Part shown: positions 35,272 to 45,855 of the stretch, piece by piece
Numbering within the stretch: position 1 is the first letter of the stretch
Layout: every line of letters starts with the position of its first letter
NCBI RefSeq assembly: GCF_000143415.4
Contig: NW_003314266.1
Location: 3,356,398-3,420,397, forward strand
DNA: 64,000 nt
Direction of reading: 5' to 3'
From: Selaginella moellendorffii
Taxonomy: Eukaryota; Plantae; Lycopodiophyta
Notes under the pieces: model-generated
Seen by the model: only the letters and a program-made list of their open reading frames with translations
Told to the model about the DNA's origin: nothing
Databases searched by the model: none
Program-made: the position numbers and the translations under genes

Positions 35272-37470
35272 TCACTCAATGATCAAACTTTGATGGTCAT
35301 CATCGATCATTCCAGAGTGGACACCGCCGAGGAGTTCTTCCGTGTAAACATTACCCAGAAGCACGAAAGGAGACGAGGAGGCCTGTAGATCTAGCGCCGA
35401 CGCACACTCGGCCGCGTGCTCGGCTCTCTCCACATCGTTATACATCCGGCAGCAGCTCAGCAGCGTCTTCCAGGCGATGGAATCCGGAACGAAAGGCATG
35501 CTGTAGATCAAACTCTCGGCTTCCACCAATCTACCAGCACGGCCCAAAACACTCACCATGCAGTGGAAATGCTCGCAGCTCGGCTGGACGAAGTGGTCGG
35601 AGATCATCCCAGTGAAGTGCTCCACAGCGTCTCGGACTCGCCCAGCATGGGCGCAAGCACTGAGAATGCTCACAAAGGAGACGTCATCAGGCTTGCAAGA
35701 TCCGTCAAGAACCATGTCTCTGAAAAGGATTACTCCGTTTCGGGCATGTCCGTTTTGGGCATACGCTACCAGCAAAGCGTTCCAAGAAAAAACCGTTCTC
35801 TCTGGAGATTTCTCAAGCAGGGACTTGGCTTTGGTTAGATACCCATTTTGGGCATTTGCTAGAATCATAGAAGTCCAAGATTGTGCGTCCCAGAGTGGAG
35901 CTTTCTCAAATACCTGTGAGCTTTCCGTTACGCGGCTATGCAGCGCAAAGGCCTTGAGCATAGCATTCCACACAAGAACGTTCTTCAGCTGCATCATATG
36001 AAAGATCTTTTGCGATTCCTCTAAATGCCCATTTTGGGCATATGCTTGTATCATCGCGTTTCCAGCCACCACATTTTCCCGCCCAACGTAATCGTAGATA
36101 TCTTTTGCTAGACCAACCAAGCCGCAATCGCCCAGCATCTGGATCCACAGCGTCCACGAGAAATCATCCAGAGCTGGAGCTCGATCCAGCACTGCTCCAG
36201 CATAATCGGGCTCTCCTCCCTGAGCAAATGCCGCCGCAAACGAATTCCACGACACCTGGTTGCGCTCGGGCATGGCGTCAAAATACTCCTTCGCATCGCC
36301 CAACCGACCACCCTGCGCCAGCGTCGTGAGCATCGCGGTCCAGGACACGAGATTACACTGGGGCATTCGCTGGAACGAAGCGATCGCCAGAGCCACATCG
36401 CCGATCATCGCGTAGGCCTGCAGCAGCGCCGTCCACGACACGACGTTGCGCTCCGGCATTGCATCGAAGGCAGCCCTCGCTTCCACCGTCGCGCCGTTTT
36501 GTCCCAGCCCCGCGATCATGCTCGTCCAGGTGAAGACACAGGGATCCGGGAAGCAATCAAACACAACCTTCGCCTGATCTATGAGACCCACGAACAGCAA
36601 TGCCTGGATCATCGAATTCCAGCTTACTCGATCGTGGAGAGGCATGTTTCTCCACAGCGCCATCGTTTCCTGCAAATACCCTCTTTGGGCATATGCAGTA
36701 ATAGTGGTATTCCAAGCTACCTCGTTTCGCACGGGCATGTTGTCAAACACAAACTTCACGTCATCGAATTTCGAGTTTTGTGAGTATGCGTGTAACATAC
36801 ACGTACTTGTGAGTGGATCTGGATCGCGCAAAGAATTGTACAAACTCTGTGCTTGCAGTAAATGCCCATTGTCGGCAAATGCTTTGATCATGGCTGTGCA
36901 AGAAATGTTGTTCCAGTGCGGCATCTTGTAGAAAATGGTGCGTGTAAGGTTTTGATCGTAGGCTTGGAGTATCGTGTTCCATGCTACCTCGTTGCGAACG
37001 GGCATAGCATCAAACAAGGCTTTTGATTCGTCAAAATGCCCTCTTTGAGCATATGCTGCAACCATAGCCGTCCAAGAGATCACGTTAGGTCTTGGCATCG
37101 CGTCGAAGTTCTTGCGCGCCTGGCGGAGATCCCCGCCCCGGGCGCACGCCTGGATGACAATGTTCCAGGAGACGCTGCTGGGGCGCTCGATCTGCTGGAA
37201 GCTCCTCTGGGCATCTGCCGCGCTGCCACAGTTGCCATAGCTCTGCGTGAGGAGGTTCCAGAGGAGCGCATTCTCGCGGTGGTCGCTCTCGCGGAGCCGC
37301 CGCTGGATTTGCCTGAGCCCCTCGAGATCTTTGCTCGCTCCCAATGCGCGAATTCGAGCCGCGAGGCCCTCGATCTCCGCCTGGAATGCCGCGAATCGAT
37401 CGTCGATTGGGGGAATTTGGCGAACGATTACGCGAGGCTTCGTCCTCGCGAGCTCTCTTAGCTTAAGCAT
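35272..37470 (-). CDS. PLS-class PPR protein rich in short repeats, E domain, no DYW
   Basis: 732-aa intronless ORF with repeated FDAMPERNVVSWTA units and HFHCMVSVLGRAGRL...WKTLLSCC...PFVLLGNVY. Confidence 0.93.
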   Translation of the reverse strand: MLKLRELARTKPRVIVRQIPPIDDRFAAFQAEIEGLAARIRALGASKDLEGLRQIQRRLRESDHRENALLWNLLTQSYGNCGSAADAQRSFQQIERPSSVSWNIVIQACARGGDLRQARKNFDAMPRPNVISWTAMVAAYAQRGHFDESKALFDAMPVRNEVAWNTILQAYDQNLTRTIFYKMPHWNNISCTAMIKAFADNGHLLQAQSLYNSLRDPDPLTSTCMLHAYSQNSKFDDVKFVFDNMPVRNEVAWNTTITAYAQRGYLQETMALWRNMPLHDRVSWNSMIQALLFVGLIDQAKVVFDCFPDPCVFTWTSMIAGLGQNGATVEARAAFDAMPERNVVSWTALLQAYAMIGDVALAIASFQRMPQCNLVSWTAMLTTLAQGGRLGDAKEYFDAMPERNQVSWNSFAAAFAQGGEPDYAGAVLDRAPALDDFSWTLWIQMLGDCGLVGLAKDIYDYVGRENVVAGNAMIQAYAQNGHLEESQKIFHMMQLKNVLVWNAMLKAFALHSRVTESSQVFEKAPLWDAQSWTSMILANAQNGYLTKAKSLLEKSPERTVFSWNALLVAYAQNGHARNGVILFRDMVLDGSCKPDDVSFVSILSACAHAGRVRDAVEHFTGMISDHFVQPSCEHFHCMVSVLGRAGRLVEAESLIYSMPFVPDSIAWKTLLSCCRMYNDVERAEHAAECASALDLQASSSPFVLLGNVYTEELLGGVHSGMIDDDHQSLIIE

Positions 37471-37752
37471 GGACTAATTAATCCTTGTCTAAGTAGATTC
37501 TCTTTTTCCCTCGAAATATCTGGGAGCGGCGCCGCTGGATTGGCTGGCGGCGCATCCTGACCGTCGAGACCGCTGCTTATCTTCTTCTCCCATAAACCCT
37601 GACAAAGCCCTCATTGCCCTACGGGCGCGCGTGGTGCGAGGATAAGGAGGCGCCGCTCTCTCGCCGCTCAAAATCCCTCCTCCAGGTATGACGAAGCTCG
37701 CGATTCGACCGAAGAATGCGATTCTGATAGCGCGCATTTTGGTGTAGAAATC

Positions 37753-40700
37753 ATGCAGCATGCCGTGACGCAGCTCGGGGGGCTGCCGCCGCTGGGAACG
37801 CATTCCTCCTGCCTGTTTGGCGATGGCAGGATTGGGAGCCTCGCCTTCTCGGCGCCAAAGGAGGCCTTCTTCCTCTCCAGAACAATGTCCGCGACCACTC
37901 GCGCAGCTTATTCCGGTAGCTTTGGCCAGAATCCTCCAGTCCCGCCAAGAAACAATGCTCCGCCGCCGCCTCTCCCGTTCGACAACGCCGCCACTCCGCC
38001 GCCTCCAATGCCGGGCAATCCACAGATGCAAACTCCTCCGGCCATTCCACCGCCAGGGCCTTTTGCTACCGAGACCAACGCTTTCCCGAGCGAAAGACCC
38101 TCGGCCATAGCACCCAATGCTCCAACCGACGCGAAGTTCACGTCCGCCAGGCCTCCAAGCTCCTCGCCGGGGTTAAACTTTCCTGGGAGTCAGATACCGG
38201 GACTGCCAGGATCGCCGCGGCCAAAGCCTGGAACTCCTAGGCCGTATGATCCGACCAAGCAGAAGTCCAAGGTGATGGAGTGGCTCACTCCGCCTCCGCC
38301 ACCCACGGAGCTTCTCCAGCGCGAGCACTTCCGGCTCTCCCCGACGTGTACTTGCACTATATACTTCGGTGATTTGTCCAAGTGGTTTGTGGATGGGAAG
38401 TCGGATGCGGTGGTCAGTATATCGTTCTCTTCATCCTCTTTTCGATGTGATCTTGGAGGCTAATTCCTTGTTTGTTCTTGGCAGATTGCTCCTGCAAACA
38501 AGCGACTTAATACTGGCCCGGCAGTGAATGCTGGTAAGCTTATCTATGTTTTCTTGTGTTTGCTGGTGTTTCATGCCTATTTCTTTTTTCGCTGTAGTGC
38601 TCTTCAAAGCTGCTGGTTCTCGACTTTTGGATGCCACACAGAGGCTTCCAGATGTTGCTCCTCAGGGAATCAAGGCCGAAGTTGGAGATGCTATCAGTAC
38701 AAGGTTGTCCACGTACTTTTGACGTTGATTAATCCCTGGAGTGTTCCTGTACGTGCAGGGCATTTAATCTTCCTGTTTCAAGAGTCATTCACACGGTTGG
38801 GCCAGTATATAAGAAGAACGACCAGACGAACGTCCGAGAATCTGATGAAAGCCTCATCAAGGCTTACAAGTGAGAGTTTCTCTTCGGTTTTACTTAGCTA
38901 ACTGGGATCACAGGAGTGCCTTGGATATTGCGAGGAAAGAAAACTTGGTAAATCTTGCGTTCCCGCCTCTGTCTTGCCGTATATATGGGTAAGAAATGTG
39001 TGATGAGTAAACATAACTGGCTACTGGTTATCTAGATATCCATACATCGAAGGAGCGGAAGTTGGTTTAAGAACTCTCAAGGAAAATTGTGAAGGCTTTA
39101 CACAGGTAACCTTACTCGTGCTTGATTCATCTAAACTGTGTGATTTACAGATAGACATTGTTATCAGAAACATAGAAGGCTATGAGGCCTTCATAGAAGA
39201 GGCCACCAAGCAGCTGGAGGTTATTAAGGAGAAGAAGACTATCAAGGCGCCATCGATGGCACCGCGGACAGGAGCCGAGGCAGTTGCTGCGCCACCGTCG
39301 CCTCCAGTGACAGCTTCTGAAGTAGGAGCTCCCGCCGCACCAGCGTCCGAGCTGGAGAGTCCCCCACAAGCAGAAGCAGCAGCAGCAGCAGCAGCAGCAT
39401 CAGCAGCATCAGCAGCAGCAGCAGCAGCAGCATCAGCGTCAGCCTTAACGGGCCTTGAATCTTCAACTCCAGCCTTAGCCACAGAAACGGAAGCAGCAGG
39501 ACCAGAAACTCCGTCAGCAGCAGGGCCAGAAACTCCGTCAGCAGCAGCACCAACACCACCATCAACTACCTCTGGTTATTCGAGTAACTTTCAGGCTGCT
39601 TCAAATCCATTCCAGAGTACGTCCGGACCTGCAACTGAGTCTCCGGTTGCTCCAGCAGCGTCAAGCTCCAGCGCTCCAACATCCCAGAGTCCGGCGGCTC
39701 CAAGCCCGTTTCAGAGTGCCCCGGTAACTAGTGCTCCGGAAACTCAAAGCTCGTTCTCACAGACGCCACCTCCGCCAAGCGCTCCACAAACTCCAAGCCC
39801 GTTCCAATCACCTCCAGCAACTCCAGGTCCGTTCCAAACACCTCCGGCAACTTCAAGTCCGTTCCAAACACCTCCGGCAACTCCAGGCCCGTTCTCAAGT
39901 CCTCCGGCATCTCGAAGCCCGTTCCAGAGCTCTCCGGCAATGTCAAGCTCGTTCCCGGGCACTCCAGCGGCTCCTCCAAGTCCGTTTCAGAGCACTCCAG
40001 CGCCGCCAAATACGACTACTCCACCGGCCTTCCAAAGCGCACCGTTCCAGAGCCCACCAGCGTCTCCACCAAGTGGAAGCCAGTTCCAGAGCCCACCACC
40101 ACCAAGTGAGTTTCAGAAAGCCCCGCCTCCTTTTGGCACGCCAACACCGTCACCATCGGCTGGAAGTCCATTCCAACGCGCTCCACCAAGTCCGTTCCAG
40201 AGCGCTCCGCCACCACCATCGTCTGGAAGTCCCGCTCCACCATCACCTGGAAGTCCCTTCCAAAACGCTCCACCATCACCCGGGAGTCTGCCACCGCCCG
40301 GAAGTCCATTCCAAAGCGCTTCACCACCACCATCGCCGCCTCACTTCCAGCGTAGTCCATACAGCCAGGGAGGATACCAGCAAAGCTCTCCACCGCCACC
40401 TTATCAAAACGCTCCTCCGCCACCATACCAGCAGCAGCAGTACAATCAGCCGCCACCATACCAAAGTCAAGCTCCACCGCAGTATCCTCCATACCAGCAA
40501 AACGCCACTCCTCCGCCACCATCTCCACCACCGCCGCCACCATCGTTTGAGAGCTCTACACCGACGTATTCTCCATACTCTCCATTTGCACCAGCTCCAG
40601 AGCCAACTCCTCCACCAAAGCCGCTAATTCCTCCTCACCAGCAAAAGTACGTGCCACCGCCGCCACCACCGCCGCCGGAGTCCAAGCCCATCCCTCCGCG

Positions 40701-40788
40701 AGAGAGAGTGTCGCCATTCCCTCCGCCAAATCGCCCGCCCAGGCCTCCATCTTCTCCAACTTCCACTTACGAGCAGCCTCTCTTCTAA
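37753..40788 (+). CDS. Divergent macrodomain (MacroD/Appr-1''-p-like) protein flanked by Pro-rich repeats, 7 exons
   Basis: Spliced core FGDLSKWFVDGKSDAVIAPANKRLNTGPAVNAVLFKAAG...VGDAISTRAFNLPVSRVIHTVGPVY...LAFPPLSCRIYGYP uses canonical GT-AG introns and is followed by about 500 aa of Pro/Ser/Gln-rich tail. Confidence 0.88.
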
Positions 40789-40989
40789 GTAGCCAAACTA
40801 GTGAAACTAGTAAAGTTCTGCTAGTCTTTTGTTTCAAGAGGTTTTCTTTTGATTTTATGTGATGAGTTAAAGGTATATAAATTAAGTTCTAACAAAGTAT
40901 ATATTTAATATTAATTAACTGGATAAATTGTGTGTATGAAGAGTTTGTGTTATAATCTAAATTGGTTATATTAATTTAAAGAGCTCTCT

Positions 40990-42199
40990 CTACGAAGTGG
41001 TGGGGTACGATGAGTCTCCATTCATCCCACAAATCCCGTCTCCATCCTTTCGCTCGATTTTCATGAATCCGTCCTCCCCCCAGGAAGTTCCCCATGAGTT
41101 TTTGATGATCCAGTAGGGCATCCCACCTTCGGTTCCATATCCGATGAGCAAGACTCCGTGATCTAGCGAATCACCGCATTGACCAGAAAGAATTCCCTGG
41201 AAAACGATGTGATGAGTTGATTCTAAATGAAATATTTGAGATTTTCTTACACTTTTGTAATTCTGGAAGTTTTCGTCGCTGCCGCAGATGCTAACGGTCA
41301 CGGGAGTTTTGGAGACTGCTTTCATCAGGGCGTCAGCGCTGTCCTCTGTGACGACTTTAAAACCAGTGATCTCCGCCACCTTATTCTTTGCCTGGCCAAA
41401 AGAACAAAAAACACAATAATAGCTTTAATATGAAATAATTAGTAAAATATACCAACCTTATTCGCGTTGCAACTGCCCACAGATCCTGTATATGGATAGG
41501 ACGCCTCCGTGGTGACACCACCGTTTTTCACCACGAACTTAAACGCAGTCTCCATTAACCCACCGTCACATCCTGCATCTACCGTGTCACAGTCCATTAA
41601 TTGCTGCTCGGACAGAGAAACGAGCTCCTTCGTCGCCAGAAAGTGTGCACTCTCGATCGATGCAATCGCCGAGAAAGCCCAGCAGCTCCCTGTGAACCAC
41701 ACGAATCACCCACAAGGCCAAATGGAAGAGAGATTAAAAAAATACGATTCATACCGCAGTCGCCCTGATCTTTAATTGGTGTCACAGCTCCCTTCTGCCT
41801 CCAATCCAAGCTGGTCGGGAGGCTCGACACGTCCACGTCCTCGTCCTCGGCCGGGAGGCGATCCTGGTAGCGCGGGCGCTTGAATTTGCCGACGTGCATG
41901 GCTCGGAACTCGGCGTTTGTGAGATCCGAGAACTTGTTGAGGCCGAGCGTGAAGGTGGTGTTGGGCTGCGCGTTGTGCTTCTCGATGTACGCCAAAGTGT
42001 CGGAGAAGATCATCAGCCTGCGAGCCTTCTCCAAGTCGCTGCTGTAACTCTTGCCGTGCTTGGCAGCCCAATCCTCGAACATGTTCTTGATCTCTAGAGC
42101 GCGACCATCTTCCAGAGCCGCTGGCCGCGCAATCGCAAACGGTGTTGCTCCTACCACCACCAGCAAGATCAAGGTCGAAGCTATCATGTTGCTCGCCAT
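40990..42199 (-). CDS. Papain-like cysteine protease (C1A with I29 prodomain), intact, 4 exons
   Basis: Signal peptide [44 protein letters not shown]|[18 protein letters not shown] and YWIIKNSWG. Confidence 0.95.
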
Positions 42200-43270
42200 G
42201 GATGACTTCGCACTGCCACGAGTGAGCTTATATACTGAATATTTTAGCTTCGGGTAATTTCCGACCCTGTCTATTTTTATCGCAAAGTTGATAGGGATGA
42301 CGGGTCTATGTACGTATGGTTTAGGTTTGGCAGTGTTATAGAGGCTCGGGATTGAACTATCCTTGCGATGGAAGCATGGAAGACGAGCCACGTAAAAGAG
42401 ATGCTGCAAGTTACCTCCCGTGAGCCAGTTTCTGATATTAATGGCATTCACAACAAAAACAACATAGCCCTTCACACATTCTTCAACATTTCGTGCTCCC
42501 AAAGTGGACTAGCTTACAAGTTTCCCCATACTTCCATCTTCTTCTATTTATCAACGTTCAAAGATTGAACTTTCAGATAACCTACATTTTGAGAAAGCCT
42601 GTGAATATACCTAAAATATCCAAGTATATACTAAGACATTTTACGGCTGTAATTTTCCTCCTAATTCAAAGAATGCGAGTGACAATCACGCAGGGAACCA
42701 GTTGTATTCATCACTCTCCCACTCTCCATCTAGAATAAAAATCCCTAAAGCTTTTCCACTCTTTCTGTGCAAGATGAAGATGGTGTACAAGCTCAAGATC
42801 CTAAGTGGCTCTAAGAACAGGACATGTACCGCATCCCGCAGCAGCCATGTCGAAGGATTCTACTGGAGAAGTATGTGTAGATCTCCTACTTGCAGTGAAT
42901 GTTTCGAAGCCAGGTAGTGGAGGAGCACAGCATGCTGTAAAAGCTAAGGTTGGAAAGTTCCCTCTGAATCTTGCACTGCTGCCTAATATAGTGAAAGTCC
43001 AATGGTTGCATTAGTGTTTTAGACAACACTAATTCTCACATTTGGTAGCCCAAGAAACATGTATATATATATGTGTATATGTATATATATATATATGTAT
43101 GTATGTATGTATATATATGTTTGTCCAAGATTTTTATAAATTATTTTTCACATTTACAAGAAAATAATTTTGACATAAAAAATCCATTGGAATGTAACCA
43201 AACTATGAATCATATAATATTTAAAAATATTAAAAATACCATAGCATATTAGACCAAAAAACTTATATTT

Positions 43271-43273
<3 letters not shown>

Positions 43274-43316
<43 letters not shown>
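43274..43316. repeat. (AT)n microsatellite
   Basis: Directly visible; a mixed AT/GTAT tract also lies at about 43060-43120. Confidence 0.9.
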
Positions 43317-43320
<4 letters not shown>

Positions 43321-43566
43321 AAATAAAACCAAGTGTTTCTGTGTATTTTCTTATTAAAAATGAATTGACAAATTACCTTAGAATCCTTTGCAATGCATCA
43401 GGGAGAAAACAGTTGTGAGAAGGACAAAGCCCAAAAGCAAAAGAACTAAATGCCAATGAAGCAAAGCAAAGCAATTAAAGGTTAAAAGCACATAATGTGT
43501 TCTTGCTCTTTGATCCAGATCCAGATTCACATTGAAAATCTTTGCTAGAATCTAACAAATTTTGTT

Positions 43567-44481
43567 TTATTTTGGAACTCTCCAAACACAAGTTTGCTTT
43601 ACAGTGTTATAAACAGCAATATATCCATTATTCTCAACACACAATGCCATAGGTTGCCATTTATTCTTCCAATAAATATTATATGACCATATCACATTAA
43701 AAAGTTTGTCATATATTACAAGGTTTCCATCCCTTTGCATTCTTAGAAAGCATTTTTCTCCCCTATTACTAGTATTAGTAGTCCAAACAATAATCTTACC
43801 TTTATACAAAATTAAATTACAATCTAATTGCATATGTAAAGAATACTTCATATTAGTAGATTGGAGAAATTGCCCACTATATAAATTTGAAAATTTTGAA
43901 GAATCTTTTAAACTTCTAATACATGTGTACCTCCATGTGCAATCAACATCAGTCTGACCTTCATCAATTACAAGTGGTTTACTTATTGAGTGCATGGGTT
44001 TTTTAAGATTAATGTCATCATCATCAACATCAACAGGATCTCCAATTGAATAAGAAATGGTAAACCTACCTACAATATATTGAGTTATGCCAAAATTTAG
44101 CATCTCATAATCTTTTTGTATTACCTCTCTTAACATTCTGAATAGTATTAATCTTATAGATCTGCCCGGATATGTGACTCCAAAGCTGGGAAGAAGGCTA
44201 CACATCGGTATATAATACCATGGAAGCCTTCGATTTAAAGCAGATAATGTAATAGTAATTCCTGTATATAAATTAGTATCTGTAATAGAGAATGCAGTAT
44301 AATATGGGGTACCATCATGAATATAATTGATTGTTTCAGCTACTGCCTCTAATATCAAATCCCTCACTCTAGGTTCTAGAGTAGTGGTGCGCCGATCATC
44401 CCGTTCTATTAGTACAGAAAAACTACTTGAAGAAAAAAAAATCATGATTGTTAAAATAAAAGATTGGATACTAGAAGCCAT
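43567..44481 (-). CDS. Secreted chimeric protein: unrecognised N-terminal domain plus C-terminal bulb-type (GNA/B-) lectin
   Basis: 304-aa intronless ORF with a signal-like N-terminus and GNA motifs LYSGQFL, MQLDCNLILY, WTTNT, MQRDGNLVIY and VENNGYIAVY. Confidence 0.82.
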   Translation of the reverse strand: MASSIQSFILTIMIFFSSSSFSVLIERDDRRTTTLEPRVRDLILEAVAETINYIHDGTPYYTAFSITDTNLYTGITITLSALNRRLPWYYIPMCSLLPSFGVTYPGRSIRLILFRMLREVIQKDYEMLNFGITQYIVGRFTISYSIGDPVDVDDDDINLKKPMHSISKPLVIDEGQTDVDCTWRYTCIRSLKDSSKFSNLYSGQFLQSTNMKYSLHMQLDCNLILYKGKIIVWTTNTSNRGEKCFLRMQRDGNLVIYDKLFNVIWSYNIYWKNKWQPMALCVENNGYIAVYNTVKQTCVWRVPK

Positions 44482-44609
44482 TTTTAAAAAAGCACTGGGC
44501 TATATGTTTTATATATATATATATCACAAAAGTTTAAAGTGAAAGTTAAAATTCAAATGGATATCCTATCCATCTTATATTCTTTGAAAAGAGCAAGTTA
44601 TCACACTGT

Positions 44610-44712
44610 AATGATGGACAAACACACTGGCATCTCTCTCAGCACAAGCACTGATTTTCCCGACACCTCTTTACAGCTATTGGCAAGCCTTGACGATGAT
44701 CTCTACCACTAG
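44610..44712 (+). pseudogene. Fragment of the 5' end of the PPR gene at 56625
   Basis: ggacaaac...ctcagcac...cccgacacctc...gacgatgatctctaccact matches 56633-56730. Confidence 0.75.
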
Positions 44713-45204
44713 GTAAGTTATGTTCTATGCTACATTTTTACATTTCAAATATCTTCTTTTTGCGTTAATAATAAAGGTATGAAATGGCAGCTCTAAAACT
44801 TAAATAGTAAATTGCCTGCAAGATGACTGAGAAGGAACAATGTTTTGCATCCATGCTTCTTAGTTGGGCACCAAACAACTCTATATATTATGTTTGCACT
44901 CTGCAAGCTTTAAGATAGATACTTGAATGGGTAATTGCCAAACCTCAATACTAAGGTATAGGTTTGGCTAGTGGCAGTGTTATAGAGGCATATGCCACGT
45001 AAAAGAGATGTTACAAGCTACCTCTTATGCAACTCTATTTAAAACAAAACAAGAAAAAGGGTATAGTAGATAATATTTTAGATTTAACAAACCATTCAAT
45101 AATTTAAATAAAAACTGAATTCTATAACACTTATAGACCCTAGAAAAGGAACAATAAGTTTTATTTTTATTCAAAGAAAGATCATTTTTGCCAAATATAA
45201 ATTA

Positions 45205-45855
45205 CTTCTTAGAACTCTCCAAATATAAGCTTGTCATACAGTATTTATGACCAGCTCCATTATTTAATGCCATTGGTTGCACCTTTAAAAAGTAATTTTC
45301 TCTTTTATTATTAGTATTAAGTCTAAAAAATAATCTTATCGTTACACAAAACTAAATTACAATCTAACTGCACATGTAAAGAATACTTTTGATTAGGAAT
45401 CGAAGGAAATCTCCTGAAAATTTTGAATATCTTTATCATTAATTGTAAATGTTTTGCTTATTGAGTGTAAAGCTATTTTAAAATCAATTTTATCATTAGT
45501 AGAAATGGTAAACCTCATACCAAAATTTAGCATTTCAAAATCTCTATAACCTCTCTTAACATCCTAAGTAATATTAATAACGATCTACCTGGATATGTGA
45601 TATCAAAGCTAGGATGAAAGTTATGCATTAGTATATAATACCATATAAGTGGTCGATATCATAATATTAATTTCTGTATCCAGATCCACATCTTTAATTA
45701 AGAACCTAGATAATATGAACTATTATCATGGACATAATTAGCCCCTTATAAAATCATTCTAGGCACTTTTATTAGGACAGCCAGAAAGAATAATTCATAA
45801 TTATTAGAAAACTATATTGAAAAAATTTACTATCGATTTTTTCAAAAGCACTTGT
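45205..45855 (-). pseudogene. Decayed copy of the lectin gene 43567-44481
   Basis: Collinear matches (gaactctccaaa, aaattacaatctaa.tgca.atgtaaagaatactt, acctctcttaacat, ggatatgtga) with deletions and no long ORF. Confidence 0.8.

Noticed and set aside
39118-40788. Calling the Pro-rich ORF a stand-alone extensin or cell-wall protein
   Set aside because: It has no ATG or signal peptide and splices in frame (ttacag|ATA) to the macrodomain exons.
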